Notes under the pieces: generated by a model
What the model was told of the DNA's origin: nothing
What the model saw: only the letters and a program-made list of their open reading frames with translations
Databases searched by the model: none
Position numbers and translations under genes: made by a program
In this document: piece by piece, positions 25,501 to 36,950 of the stretch
Position numbering within the stretch: the first letter of the stretch is position 1
How the letters are laid out: every line of letters begins with the position of its first letter
Assembly (NCBI RefSeq): GCF_018977255.1
Contig: NW_024704743.1
Coordinates: 108,688,001-108,752,000 of the forward strand
Source of the DNA: Callorhinchus milii
Lineage: Eukaryota
Direction of reading: 5' to 3'
Length of the DNA stretch: 64,000 nt

Positions 25501-26462
25501 AAGGGTAAGGTGCTCAAAGGAGGGGAAGGTTCCGGAACAGTAAGTGGATAGGCCGAGCGGGGACCAGGAGATGAGAGCCACCCCGCCACCATGGTGGTTA
25601 GGTCGAGGGGAATGATGGAAGGTGTAGCCGGGTGGTGTGGTCTTTATCAGGGGTAAGGTGCCGCTTGGAGTGAACCAGGTTTCAGTGAGGCCAAGAATGT
25701 CGATGTTTTTATCGACAATGAGGTCTTGGATGGTGAGTGTTTTGTTGGAGAGGGAGCGGACATTTTGTAGACCGATGTGGAGGGACAGTTGGTGGTGAAA
25801 TGTGGGGGGCCGTGGGAGGACTGACAAGGAGGATGGGGATGTGGATGAGGGAGGAGAGGTTGTTCCCCTTGGCCAGGGACTGGTGGGCCTTGCGGCGAGA
25901 ATGGGTGATAGGGCAGTCAGAGTGGCTGCTGTTGGACAGCCAGCAGCAACTGCCGCTGTGGACCAATGGAGGATTCGCAGGCTGGAGCAGAGGGAGGCTG
26001 TAGGATGGTCGAGCAGGGATAGGAGTCGGGGAGGGTGGTGGGAGAGGAGGACTGAGCGGGAGTAATGGAGGATAGAGGACAGGGGTGGGAGCATTTTGGG
26101 AAAGCAGCTCAGGTCGGTAGCAGCAGCCAAAATGCGCACGCCGAGGCTAAAAGCGAACGGCAAGGTGGGGGGGGGCAGCGGGGGTCAGCTAGGCATGGTT
26201 AACCCGCTGGCGTGGATCATCATGGGGAGAGGGAACACTCTTATAGTCCCATATAAATCGTTACATGCAACCATCCGGTGTCTGCGTGGAGCAATGTTTG
26301 TTTTCAGTCTCGTCTACATTGATTCACGTTGGATCATCAACAACACCACCATGATTAATACAGTACCATAGTGTTTGCTTCTTATACCATATGAACTAAT
26401 ACCATACACTATAATGGGTAGGGGAGCGGGGAGGGGAGAGCTCCGAAGAAGCTTGTGCACGC
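22547..26462 (-). mobile_element. Near-full-length degenerate L2 LINE (APE endonuclease + RT), interrupted by another L2 fragment
   Basis: ORF fragments IGLQNVRSLSNK...DILGLTETW (APE), GHPLDLVI, YCPISNLPFLSKVLE, DLSAAFDTVDH; (CAA)n tail at 22547-22561. The 5' boundary beyond about 26200 is inferred. Confidence 0.88.
23107..23534 (+). mobile_element. L2 3' fragment (second subfamily) nested antisense in the large L2
   Basis: TYKAIHGLAPSYLS...GGRAFS...APRLWNS; tail ataaatggaatc(ttg)n; 3' UTR nearly identical to 36771-36950. Confidence 0.9.
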
Positions 26463-28075
26463 GATTTATAGAAATGCATTCATCCACAAACTCATAAACC
26501 AACTTCTTGACCTTTAGTGTTAAAGGGTTATATGGGTCCTGATGCCATTTTTGTTGTCATCAACTTCTGTCCTCTGTGTGGTTTATCTTAATCTATTACC
26601 TTAACACCCTTTGGGTATTCATTGCAACTAGTCCAGTTGCTACGTGGTGCAAATGAGTTCCAATTTGTTGGATTTGAGGAATAATATTTCACATTATATG
26701 AAATTGGAAGTACAACCCTTCCTCATTTTACTTTGACGACAGGATTAGGATACAATTGCAAATCTGACTGGCAACAAAGCAGTAGGCACGATTCAAATAG
26801 CTGCATGTTACATTTTTGTAAGTATGAAAAGAGGCTTCCTTTAAATACTGATAGGACAATGCTCCACCACAAATATCTACTGTATTAGCACCGACTGCTG
26901 TAGTGTGACGGTTACGGTTGGCCTGGTAAACTAATTAGTCGTGGTGTTTAATCAAAAAGTGAACAATGTCATACAGACAGTCTAAGACAAGAGAAGAGCC
27001 CAGTCCATGATCTGCAGACATATTATCCGCTGAAGTCAAAATAGCGATTTGCACATTACATCCACGGGTTGAAAGGAATCTCGATTAAAATCATTGTCAA
27101 GATTTTTTAGCGGGTTGTGCCAATATCTAAATAAGAAAAAAAATCCAGCCCTAAGTCAATTACCGTGCTGTCATCTATTGAATCTGTGAATGCATTTTGT
27201 ATGCGTCAAATGAAAATAGTTCATCTTTTCTGGCGTTTATACCTCATTTCTGGTGGTACTTGGGGAAAAAAAAGGGAAAATATCGCCCATTTCTGGGAGA
27301 TGAATCCAACAAAGTAGGGTTCTTTTTGAAGAACACAGCATTTACGTAATCTTTCTCTTATTAGGAAGATTTTGCTGAACTGTTGACAATGATGTACAGT
27401 ATGGCTTCGCTGGAATGACGTTTAGGGAAACGATTCTGCTGCACCACCACACAATACCAATTAGAGAACTATTTTCTGCGACAGGTCAGAAATTTACATT
27501 GTTTCTCACAGAAAGATGTGCCTTTTAATTTCTTTATTAAGATGACATCCATGTCCCATGCAACTTTTCAGCACGACAATCATTTGCTCGTCATGTCGGT
27601 AAACCACAATCAGCGGAATCGTGTTACAAAACACAGCCTTTGCCAAGCTTCGCGTCGCGTTTTCCAAATGAACTGCTTCAGGAAGTAGTAATTATAAAAA
27701 TGCATGTATTTTCTAAGTGCTTTGACAAGTTCTGCACCCGCTTGCTAAAAACCCAAACAAATTGTATGGTGGAAGCAGCACAGCTCCCCTCAGCCCGAGC
27801 TGGAAGAGGTTTCAAGTCGAATTCCCTGAGCTAATCGTCATGTCATTTCTTGAGATTCAGCGTGGAGGTCAATGCAACTGGGAGGTAATTCTGAAGCCCA
27901 AGATTTCACACACAGCCTAAAAACACACACATATATATATTATATATAAAACTGTTGTTTCCTCAAACATTGTGTTTGCTACAAAATGGTCAGGCTGTGA
28001 TACAAAAGGAATCCAGAAGAATTTACAGACCGCTTTGACAGTCACAACTGTGGCTGGCCTCAGTTTGAAACTAAC

Positions 28076-28209
28076 CTGCGAGATAGACTGTAAAGATGTC
28101 TCCGTTTTTCTGTTGACAAGACAAGAGGAATGCTTGAGGGTCTCGAGTGAACTCTAAAGCCAGACCCAAATATGGTATCCAGCCTTGTTCGAGTGGCGGT
28201 TCTCCATCT
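28076..28209 (-). CDS. CYP7B1: CYP7B1 coding exon 2 (134 bp, phase 2 to phase 1)
   Basis: Not in the ORF track. The minus strand reads aaaatag|A GAT GGA GAA CCG CCA ... CTC GCA G|gttagt = (R)DGEPPLEQGWIPYLGLALEFTRDPQAFLLSCQQKNGDIFTVYLA(G). This is the proline-rich hinge typical of CYP7/CYP8, and the phase matches exon 3. Confidence 0.93.
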
Positions 28210-31200
28210 CTATTTTCAAAGAAAAATATAGTGCGTTAAAAGCAGTCTGAAAGAGAAGGAATTTAAACACACGGTTTACTCTGAGGACTGAAGCTGTATT
28301 TCCACATCACAAAGAAAATATAACCAGGTTTTAATTTTCTTTTTTTCCCATATTAGTAGCGACATTTTTGGTTTTATCATCACTGATAAAGTGATTTATT
28401 AAAACAAATCCTGTTTATTGCAGAAAATCATTTTGTACATTCTTTGTTTCTCTTTTTTATGATATTGGGAGTTTGTTTATTTTCGTTGCTGAAACAAAGA
28501 AGATTAAGTAGAGACCTTATATTGAAAATACATAATGGTATTTTGATGCAGTAAATTTAAGGTTACTGCTACTGATTTGAGTCAAGTCAGCAACAAAAGT
28601 GTATACATTAAGAATTATCACCAAAAGAAAAAAAGGGTGAGTTTAGAAGAAATGTCGTTACATGGGGGATTGTTAGAGTGTGAAATATGTTACAGTAAAA
28701 GGCTGTTGTCCAAAACAATATTTAAAAGGGAATTGGATAAATATCTGAGGAAAAGCAATATGAAAGAGGTTTTGGGGGACAAATGCAAAAGAATAGGATT
28801 GGAGGAGATGCAAACTGCCTGAACTTTGTATTGCAATTGGTCAGAGTATAGAATTATTGTGAAGATTTCCATTGATGAAAGCAAAGTGTGTATTTCACAA
28901 TCTACCACTGAAAGCAAACTCTTCAAAGAGCTGCAAATGTTTCCAGCAATAACAATTGCAGGTCTGAAATTCCACCTAGCCTTAGTCTGTTATGACCATT
29001 TTGCCTTAAAATTTACGATTGCGCAGAATTGTGGAAAGTTCTTAATTTCAGCGATTGATTTGGAAGCCTGCTTTTGGCAGTTCTTAAAAAGAATGTGAAA
29101 ATGTTCCATGTAATTTTAAAATTTACAATGAAATAGTCTTAACAAGCTACAACTGGGTGGAATTTCAGCCCTCAAATGTTTATTCCAGCTCTTAAAGTGT
29201 GAAAGATAACCAGCTTCAGCATGGCGTCTGTTAAAATGCTGCACAACTCAATGATTGGATTTTTAAAATGCAATTCATAACTTCCCGCTCACCAAAATAT
29301 TGCAAATGTGTTTCACTTCAACCCAGCTTTGTCACTAAAAATGGCACTGAATTCTGCTCATTGAAATTTGGTAACAAAATCAGTTTAAAGAATTTGTTGC
29401 AGTATTTACCCCAAACATTTTCTTGAAAAATAATTTAAAGATATAGGACAAAACAATTTCACCCTCATCATTTAGTATATTCAGCAGCAGGTTTAAAATC
29501 GAGACAGTAAGTTAATATTCTGCCCTTCCACACATAGTGTAATGCACTAAGAACACATACAATAATATCGGTTTGTAAAATAACCTAATGTACATTATTA
29601 GTATTGGACAGTCAGATTTTAGTGTAATGGTTATGAATTTATAAGGCATGACTGGTGAAAATTCAGAAGCAGATTTGGCATTCAATATACAGTATGTCTA
29701 ATATTGCAAAAATATGCTTTTGATCTACATCTAAGGTTAAATTTGCACCAATTTATTAATCTAGAGATTTGCAAAGACCTAAACCATTAAACATAAAGTA
29801 GTTACCACACATGATTATCAATGAGTTTTAATGGGCATTCATAAGGATCTGTAGGATTGTTCAGTTTTAAGAGGTTACTGCTGATCTTTTCCACCACTGC
29901 CTAACTGTTCATGATTAGCTTTACTGCAATATATAGCAACATAAGGACTTGACAGTTTTACATTTCATGAAGCTGGTCACGAAAATATAGAGATTTATCT
30001 TTTTTTTAAAAAAATTCGTAATTCTGAAAGAGTTTGTATTAAAAGAAAACATTTTGTAGGCACAGGTTAGTCTAACACTGATTCTGCGCAGAAATGAATT
30101 ACAGGGTATTTCAGTCAAAAATTATGTCTTTTCACTCCCCCAATCAATACTGCCTAAATACCTCTTTTACAGGACATTCTCTAGATTATAATTTGCATTT
30201 TTTTTATAAACAAACCAAATATAATCCCGTGAAGTTTTCTTTCTAACAGACAAGAAAAAAGATGATCTTTGTTGAATTCCTTTGAAGCTAATTTTATGGA
30301 ATCATGCAAAATAATTAAATGAAAAGTGGAACAAAAAATTACAAGTGGATAAATTCATTACTGAAGCTTAGAAAGTTAATACATGTTTGGATTTTGTGTC
30401 AACCGTGAAGTTAAACAGTAAAATCAATATTTGAAAGCAATTCTTAAAATTGAATTTAGTTTATGAAGATACTGCTAACAGGCAAGTAAATGTCTAGATT
30501 ACAACAAATGCTTGATGCCAAGATCTACAAGAAAACAGGTGTGCTTTTCTGTTTCATCGATCCCCACTCTAATGACCAACGCTCTTGAAAGGATTACAAT
30601 CCGGCACGTTAATAACACGGAATTCTCTTATTATTTTGTCTTCAATCTGTCTTTGAATCAAATCATTTTTGCCGTTAGAAAATCACCATATTTTTGTAAG
30701 TGGCTTTCAGCCACTACGCCCCAAAACTTTGGAACTCTCTCCCTCAATTACTCTGTCTTGCTGCCTTCTTCCCCTTTTCCAGATCATGCCTAAAGCCCTT
30801 CCTCTTCGACCACACTTAAAATCAGCTTGTGCCTTCCCACTGGCTTGGCGTCAGGCTCAGCCACTGCTAAGTGTTGCGAGATGCTATCTCATTTGCAGGG
30901 CTCTATATAAATGCAAGTTGTTGTTAACAATTATAAACATGAACATTAAAGCAAAACACTGCATTAAAAATAGAATTTACACCCAGGTCCTTACAAAGCT
31001 CAAAAAATGGATTTATAGGCATGTTACCATGTGGCAATTTACGTCTTGTAAAATAAAGCTGCATAATATCACCATTGTCATTTATAAATTTATTGTCTTG
31101 ACTCGTGCCATTAATGAGCTTACATAAAATCTTAATTATAATAGTATAATATATCAAAATGCAAGGATTATTATGAATATAATTGTTTCCTTTCAGACTT

Positions 31201-32371
31201 ATAAGACTTTTAATGAGATTGAGAAAGTAAATCCAATACAATATTTTCAGATGTGACAGGGCATCAGAACAAGAGGACAAAGGTTCAGCTTAGCAAAGGG
31301 CGGTTTCGGGATAGACACCAGGAAGTATTTATTTACCTAGAGGGCAATTAGCGATTGGGATGGGATACTGAGAACAGTGGTTTAAGGACATTTAAGCTAG
31401 ATGCTGCGATGCAAGCATGGTAGGGTGGGTATTCAGGAAAGATGAGATCAAATGGGCCGAAGGGACTTCTTCATCAAAACCTCCTTTATGTACAATGTTT
31501 TATCCATAGCTAATGCCCTACATGTGCCACAAGGCTAGTGGCAAGTCAGCTCCACTGCGATTCCAGAACCAATGGCATTACACTGAGTAGAGTGGAGTCC
31601 TGCATGATATTGCAAACTCTTACAATTGTGTTGTCCAACAGCAGAATCAAATACCTGGCAAATAAGTCGATGGGGAATGCTGGTTTGCAGTCTATAGTTA
31701 TGCTTCCAGGATGCTCTTCCTGCTTGCCACACAATCTGCCCTCTCGACAATAATCAACGTGAATTTTGGGACCTACCATGGATTATTTCACGATTCGCAA
31801 CAGGAACAAATATGGAAAATTAGGAACGTCCACACCCTTAGAAACAAATGATAGTGTGTTATGCAGAGCACTCTTCTAACATAGACTAATGAAGTTCAAA
31901 AATTTCAAAAAAAAGGAATGATGTGCCATATAGGTGATCTTTGCCGTATATTGCCTTACAGCTTTCTTGGTTTAAGACTGAAAGCATAGCATTTGGTTAT
32001 TTCTATGTAATGATTCATTGTTCTATTGTCCTACATTATGTTGCTTTTTTGCTATGGTTCCAGTTTCAAGGCGGGTCACTTTGTCCGTGCTTTCAGTCAT
32101 CTTCCCCATTTGTGCATTTTACAGCTAAAAGTGTCAAGCTTGATAAATATCTACCTAAAGTATGCTGGGTGGGGTCGCATGCATACGACTTGGATCAATA
32201 CCTCTGTGAAGCAAACCTTCCCCACACCCTTCCTGAAACATGTGTCTTCTGAATGTACACACTCCACAGCTGGACTGGGAAAAATGCTGCACAGATACAG
32301 CTGGAACTCAATAGGATCCAGAAAATCCATGCACATCGTGCACATTCCAGGGCCCTGGAAAGAGACAATGT

Positions 32372-34973
32372 GCTAGAGGGTCCAAAAAAGAATCTATTTG
32401 GTTAGAGTTAAGGAGCAGAAAAGGAACTGTTACTCTGGTAGGTGTATACTATAGACCACCAAATAGTGGGAAAGAGACAGATGAGCAAATCTGCAAGCAG
32501 ATTTCAGAAAGATGCAAAACCAATAGAGCAGTGATAATGGGGGACTTCAATTATCCTAACATAGACTGGCAAAATAACAGTGTAAAGGGCAAGGAGGGGG
32601 AAGAATTCCTGAAATGTGTGCAGGATAACTTTCTGGATCGTATGTTTCCAGCCCAATGAGGAAGGAAGCAGTGCTGGATCTAGTTCTGGGGAATTAACTG
32701 GGGCAAGTGGAGCAGGTTTCAGCAGGAGAGTATCTGGACAACAGTGGTCACAACATCATTAGGTTTAGAGTACTTATGGAAAGGGACAAGGAGCAATGAA
32801 AGGTGAAGATACTCAACTGGAAGTGGGGTAATTTCAGTGAGTAAAAAAGGGGCCTAGCCAAGGTGAACTGGAAAGAAAGTTTGGTAGGTAAAACAGCTAA
32901 CAAGCAATGGGAAGCCTTCAAGGAAGAGACAGTTCAGGGACAGAACAAATACATTCCCACAAAGGGGAAAGGTAGGCCATCAAAACCTCCCTGGATGAAT
33001 AAGGAAATTGGGATTAAAATAAAACAGAAAAAGGAGGCTTACGATAAATGTCAGGTCTGAAATACAGAATATAATCAAACAGAATATAGAAAGTACAGAG
33101 GAGAACTGAAAAAGGAAATAAGAGGGGCAAAGAGATTGTATGAGAAAAGATTAACATAAAAGGTAACCCGAAGATATTTTATAAGCATATAAAGAATAAA
33201 AGGTTTGTCAAAGGTAGGATGGGTCCAATTAGGAACAAAAGAAGAAATGTGGAGGCAGAGGGCTTGGCTGATGTACTGAATGAGTACTTTGCACCTGTCT
33301 TCACAAAAGAAGAGGATGCAGCCAATGCCACAGCATCGGAGGAGAGGGTAGAGAAATTGAATAAGAATAAACCGAAAGGAGTTACTTAAAAGGTTGTCAG
33401 TGCTCAAGGTAGATAAGTCACCCTGTCCGGAAAGGATGCATCCTAGGTTACTGAGAGAAGTAACGGTGGAAATAATGGAGGCTCTAGCCACAACCTTTCA
33501 ATCCTTCTTGGGTGGTGCCAGAGGACTGGAGGGTTGCAAATATTGGTCCCCTGTACAAAAATGGGCAGAAAGATAAACCCGGGAACTACAAGCCAGTCAG
33601 CCTAACATCAGTATTGGGGAAACTTCTAGAGTCTATAATCCGGAACAAAATTAATTTTCACTTAGAAAAATATGGGTTAATAAAGGACATCCAACATGGA
33701 TTTGTTAAAGGCAAATCATGTTAAACAAACCTATAGAGTTTTTTGATAAAGTAACGGAGAGGGTGGATGAAGGTAGTGCAGTTGATGTAGTTTATATGGA
33801 TTTTCAAAAGGCGTTTGATAAAGTGTCACACAGGAGACTTGTAAGCAAAACAGAAGCCCAAGATATTAAAGGGACAGTGGCAGCATGGATACAGAACTGA
33901 CTGGGAGACAGAAAGCAGAGAGTGGTGGTGAGCTGTGTTTTTCTGACTGGAGGGAAGTGTGCAGTGGTGTCCCCAAGAGGTCAGTATTGGGACCACTGCT
34001 GTTTTGGATCTATACAAATGACCTGGACTTGGGTATAGGGAGTACAATTTCCAAGTTTGCAGTTCATATTAAGCTAGAAAAAGTAGTAAACAGTGAGGAG
34101 GATAGTAGTAAACTGCAAATGGACATAGCCAGACTGGTAAAATGGGCAGACACATGGCAGATGAAGTTTAATGTGGAGAAATGCAAAGTGATGCATTTTG
34201 GGATGAAGGATGAGGAGAGGCAATATAAACTGATGGTACAATCTTAAAGGGGGTGAAGGAACAGAAAGGCCTGTGGGTTCATATAAGTAAATCTTTGAAG
34301 GTGGCAGGAAAGGTAAACAAAGCTGTTAAAACAGCATACAGGATGCTTGGCTTTATAAATAGGGGCATAGAATACAAAAGCCAGGAAGTTATGATGAACC
34401 TTTATAAAAACTGGTTCGGCCTCAGCTAGAATACTGTGTTCAGTTCTGGGCACCACACTTTAGGAAGGATATCAAAGCATTGGAGAGGGTGGAAAGGAGA
34501 TTTGCCAGGATGATATCAGGAATGAGGGACTTAAATTATCAGGAGAGGCTAGAGAAGCTAGGATTATTCTCCTTGGAGCAGAGAAGGTTAAGAGGAGACT
34601 TAATAGAAGTTTTAAAAATTATGAGGGGATTTGATAGGGTGAACAAGGAGAATCCATTTCCACTGGCAAGTGGGTTGGTAACCCGAGGACACCAATTTAA
34701 AATAGTTGTTAAAAGAAACAGAGGGGAGGTGAGGAAAAAATTTTCACACAGCAAGTTGTTCGGATCTGGAATGCATTGCCTGAAAGATTGATGGAAGCCG
34801 ATTCAATAACAACTTTTAAGAGAGTAGATAATTATTTAGGAAGGACAAGTTTGCAGGGCTATGGGGAGACAGCGGGGGAGGGGGATTGAATCAGATAGCT
34901 CTTTTCAAAGAGCCAGCACAGACATGAAGAACCGAATGGCTTCCGTCTATGCTGTATAATTCTACGATTCTAT
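32372..34973 (+). mobile_element. CR1-clade LINE, 5'-truncated, many stops and frameshifts
   Basis: VPEDWRVANI, PGNYKPVSLTS, QHGFVKGKSC, YMDFQKAFDKV, SGVP..SVLGPLLF, LEKLGLFSLEQRRLRGDLIEV; tail ttctacgattctat. Confidence 0.95.
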
Positions 34974-35159
34974 CATCTCCACTATTCAAACGCTGCCTTT
35001 TTCTACATTGCAATATTCCAGCCTCAGCATTTTCACTGCATTGCTCGCACTATTTGCTCTCCTCCGACAGCTCCTATCCCTGAATGCTCCCGTAAGGTTC
35101 CCAAGGATTAATTCATACAACGAGCAGTTAGGAGTCTGTTCCCTCTATCCATGTAAGTC

Positions 35160-35533
35160 CGGCTCAATTGCCAGTACTCTTGCCACTGAGTCAGTGGGAT
35201 GTGGAGCTAGGTCTCTGAACTCATATTTTCTAGACTGATATTCCAATGCATTGTTGGGGAAGCATTACTGGAAGTGCTGTCCTTCAGTTGAGACATTAAA
35301 CTGAGGTCCCGACTATCAGCCTAGTCAGATGGATGTTAAAGATGAAGAGAAAAGAGTAATTTCTCTCGGTGTCCCAGTTAAATTGTTCATTCACTTCATG
35401 GTTGTCTGTGAAACATTGGTGTTTGCCTAAAAAATACAATCACTACACTTTGCAGTAAAATCTCTTAAGGGCTTTGAGATTTCCTCTAGACCTGGAAGGC
35501 ATTATATCAAATGTAAGGATTATTTATTGTTAT
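35160..35533 (+). mobile_element. Older Deu-like SINE
   Basis: Degenerate head, gagacattaaactgaggtcc...gatgttaaag core, tail caaatgtaaggattat. Confidence 0.6.
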
Positions 35534-36770
35534 TAAATGTAATTACTGTCACTACTCGCATACAATAATTCAAATAGAATTTTTATTCGCACACAAAACA
35601 AATTTACTTTTGCTTTTCTGTTAATTCCCCTTTGGTTAACATTTCCATACCTGGAAGGTTCACGTGTGCTTTTATTTGACCTGTTTAAAATGTCATCAAC
35701 TAATTCAACAGCTCGACTGGCCCCCTCTCCTTCCCCCACACCCATCATCCTCTCATTTACCCATAAAATATGTTGACACAAATTGACTCTTTACATTTTT
35801 CCAGCGCATACGCAGGGCATGTGGTGCTTCGGTGAAATACGGCTTTCCTGTCACTCTTAAAAAAAACACTGCTAAGGTTCTACCCGGGTGCGCAGAAGGA
35901 AAATAGTGCCCATTTAGGACTCCGAGACCTTATAAAGAAAAAGAAATTGTCTTCAGTCAAAGCATTAGCAAATTACCCAACCTCTGCCCTTAGCATAAAT
36001 GTGAAAACCTGGGCAAAAGTCACAACCATGACTTTTGCCCCAGTCAGCCAAGTGGCAAATCATCAATTGCAGCTCCCTAGGTTCACAGGACACAAAAGCC
36101 TGTGCAACCAAGCAACTCAGCCGCTGAATTTTAAGGTAATTAAACGAACATTTCTTGAACAGAACATTGTGCTGTATACTTTGGTGGAATAATCTGCACA
36201 GTGTATGCGATGTTTAGACAGACTGAACGTTGTAATTGGAGTTTATACACAGTTTATGCAGCACTGTACTGTTCTCCACTCAATGAGGGAGTTGGGGGAG
36301 GGGGTCTTCGCTTCACTTAATGGTCCACTGGTTTAAACAATGTAATACCAAATAACTCATTCCTCTTGCCAATCTATTTCAGACACAGAAATAGATGGCA
36401 GGAGATGAAATAATTTCAACAAACAATACAGACGTTTATATCCCATCTGTGAAGGTGACTTATACAACATGCAGAACAACCCATTTTGATTAATCACAAG
36501 ATATTTACTGGCTCAAATCTAATCAAAGATCATGGGATCATAGGGCTTTACTACTATACATTGCAAGGGAATTTCTGTAGCTGTTATTAACCCAGTAAAT
36601 GCTGGGTTTATTCAACCCACTTACAGTTTTACTAAAAACGTTTGGGGTAAATTTCCACCTGATCTAGGTTTACTCTATTTACTAAAACATTGCAGAGAAT
36701 GCGGATTTAGTTAATTGTTGAAATCAAAATTAACTTTGAATTTGGTTTTCTGTAGTTCTTTAAAAGTAAT

Positions 36771-36950
36771 CTCTTTGACCGTGCCTTCAGCTCCCCTCTC
36801 GACTCTCTACCCCCTCCTCGCTCCCTCCCTTCCCTCCCCTCACCCTGACCATTTCCCCCCTGCTCGGGTCCTGACCCAACTGTACAGCGCCTTGGGACGT
36901 CCTCCCGACGTGAAAGGCGCTCAATAAATGGAATCTTGTTGTTGTTGTTG
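36771..36950 (+). mobile_element. Short L2 3' fragment (second subfamily) inserted in a MITE-like element
   Basis: Nearly identical to 23347-23534; stem-loop and (TTG)n tail. Confidence 0.88.

Noticed and set aside
35008..35238. Signal-peptide-like ORF (SIFTALLALFALLRQLL)
   Set aside because: Plus strand (wrong for CYP7B1), non-ATG start, runs into a SINE, no partner exons.
35880..35913. MGTIFLLRTR as CYP7B1 exon 1
   Set aside because: Too short for a signal-anchor, preceded by an in-frame stop, and its GT is in the wrong phase.
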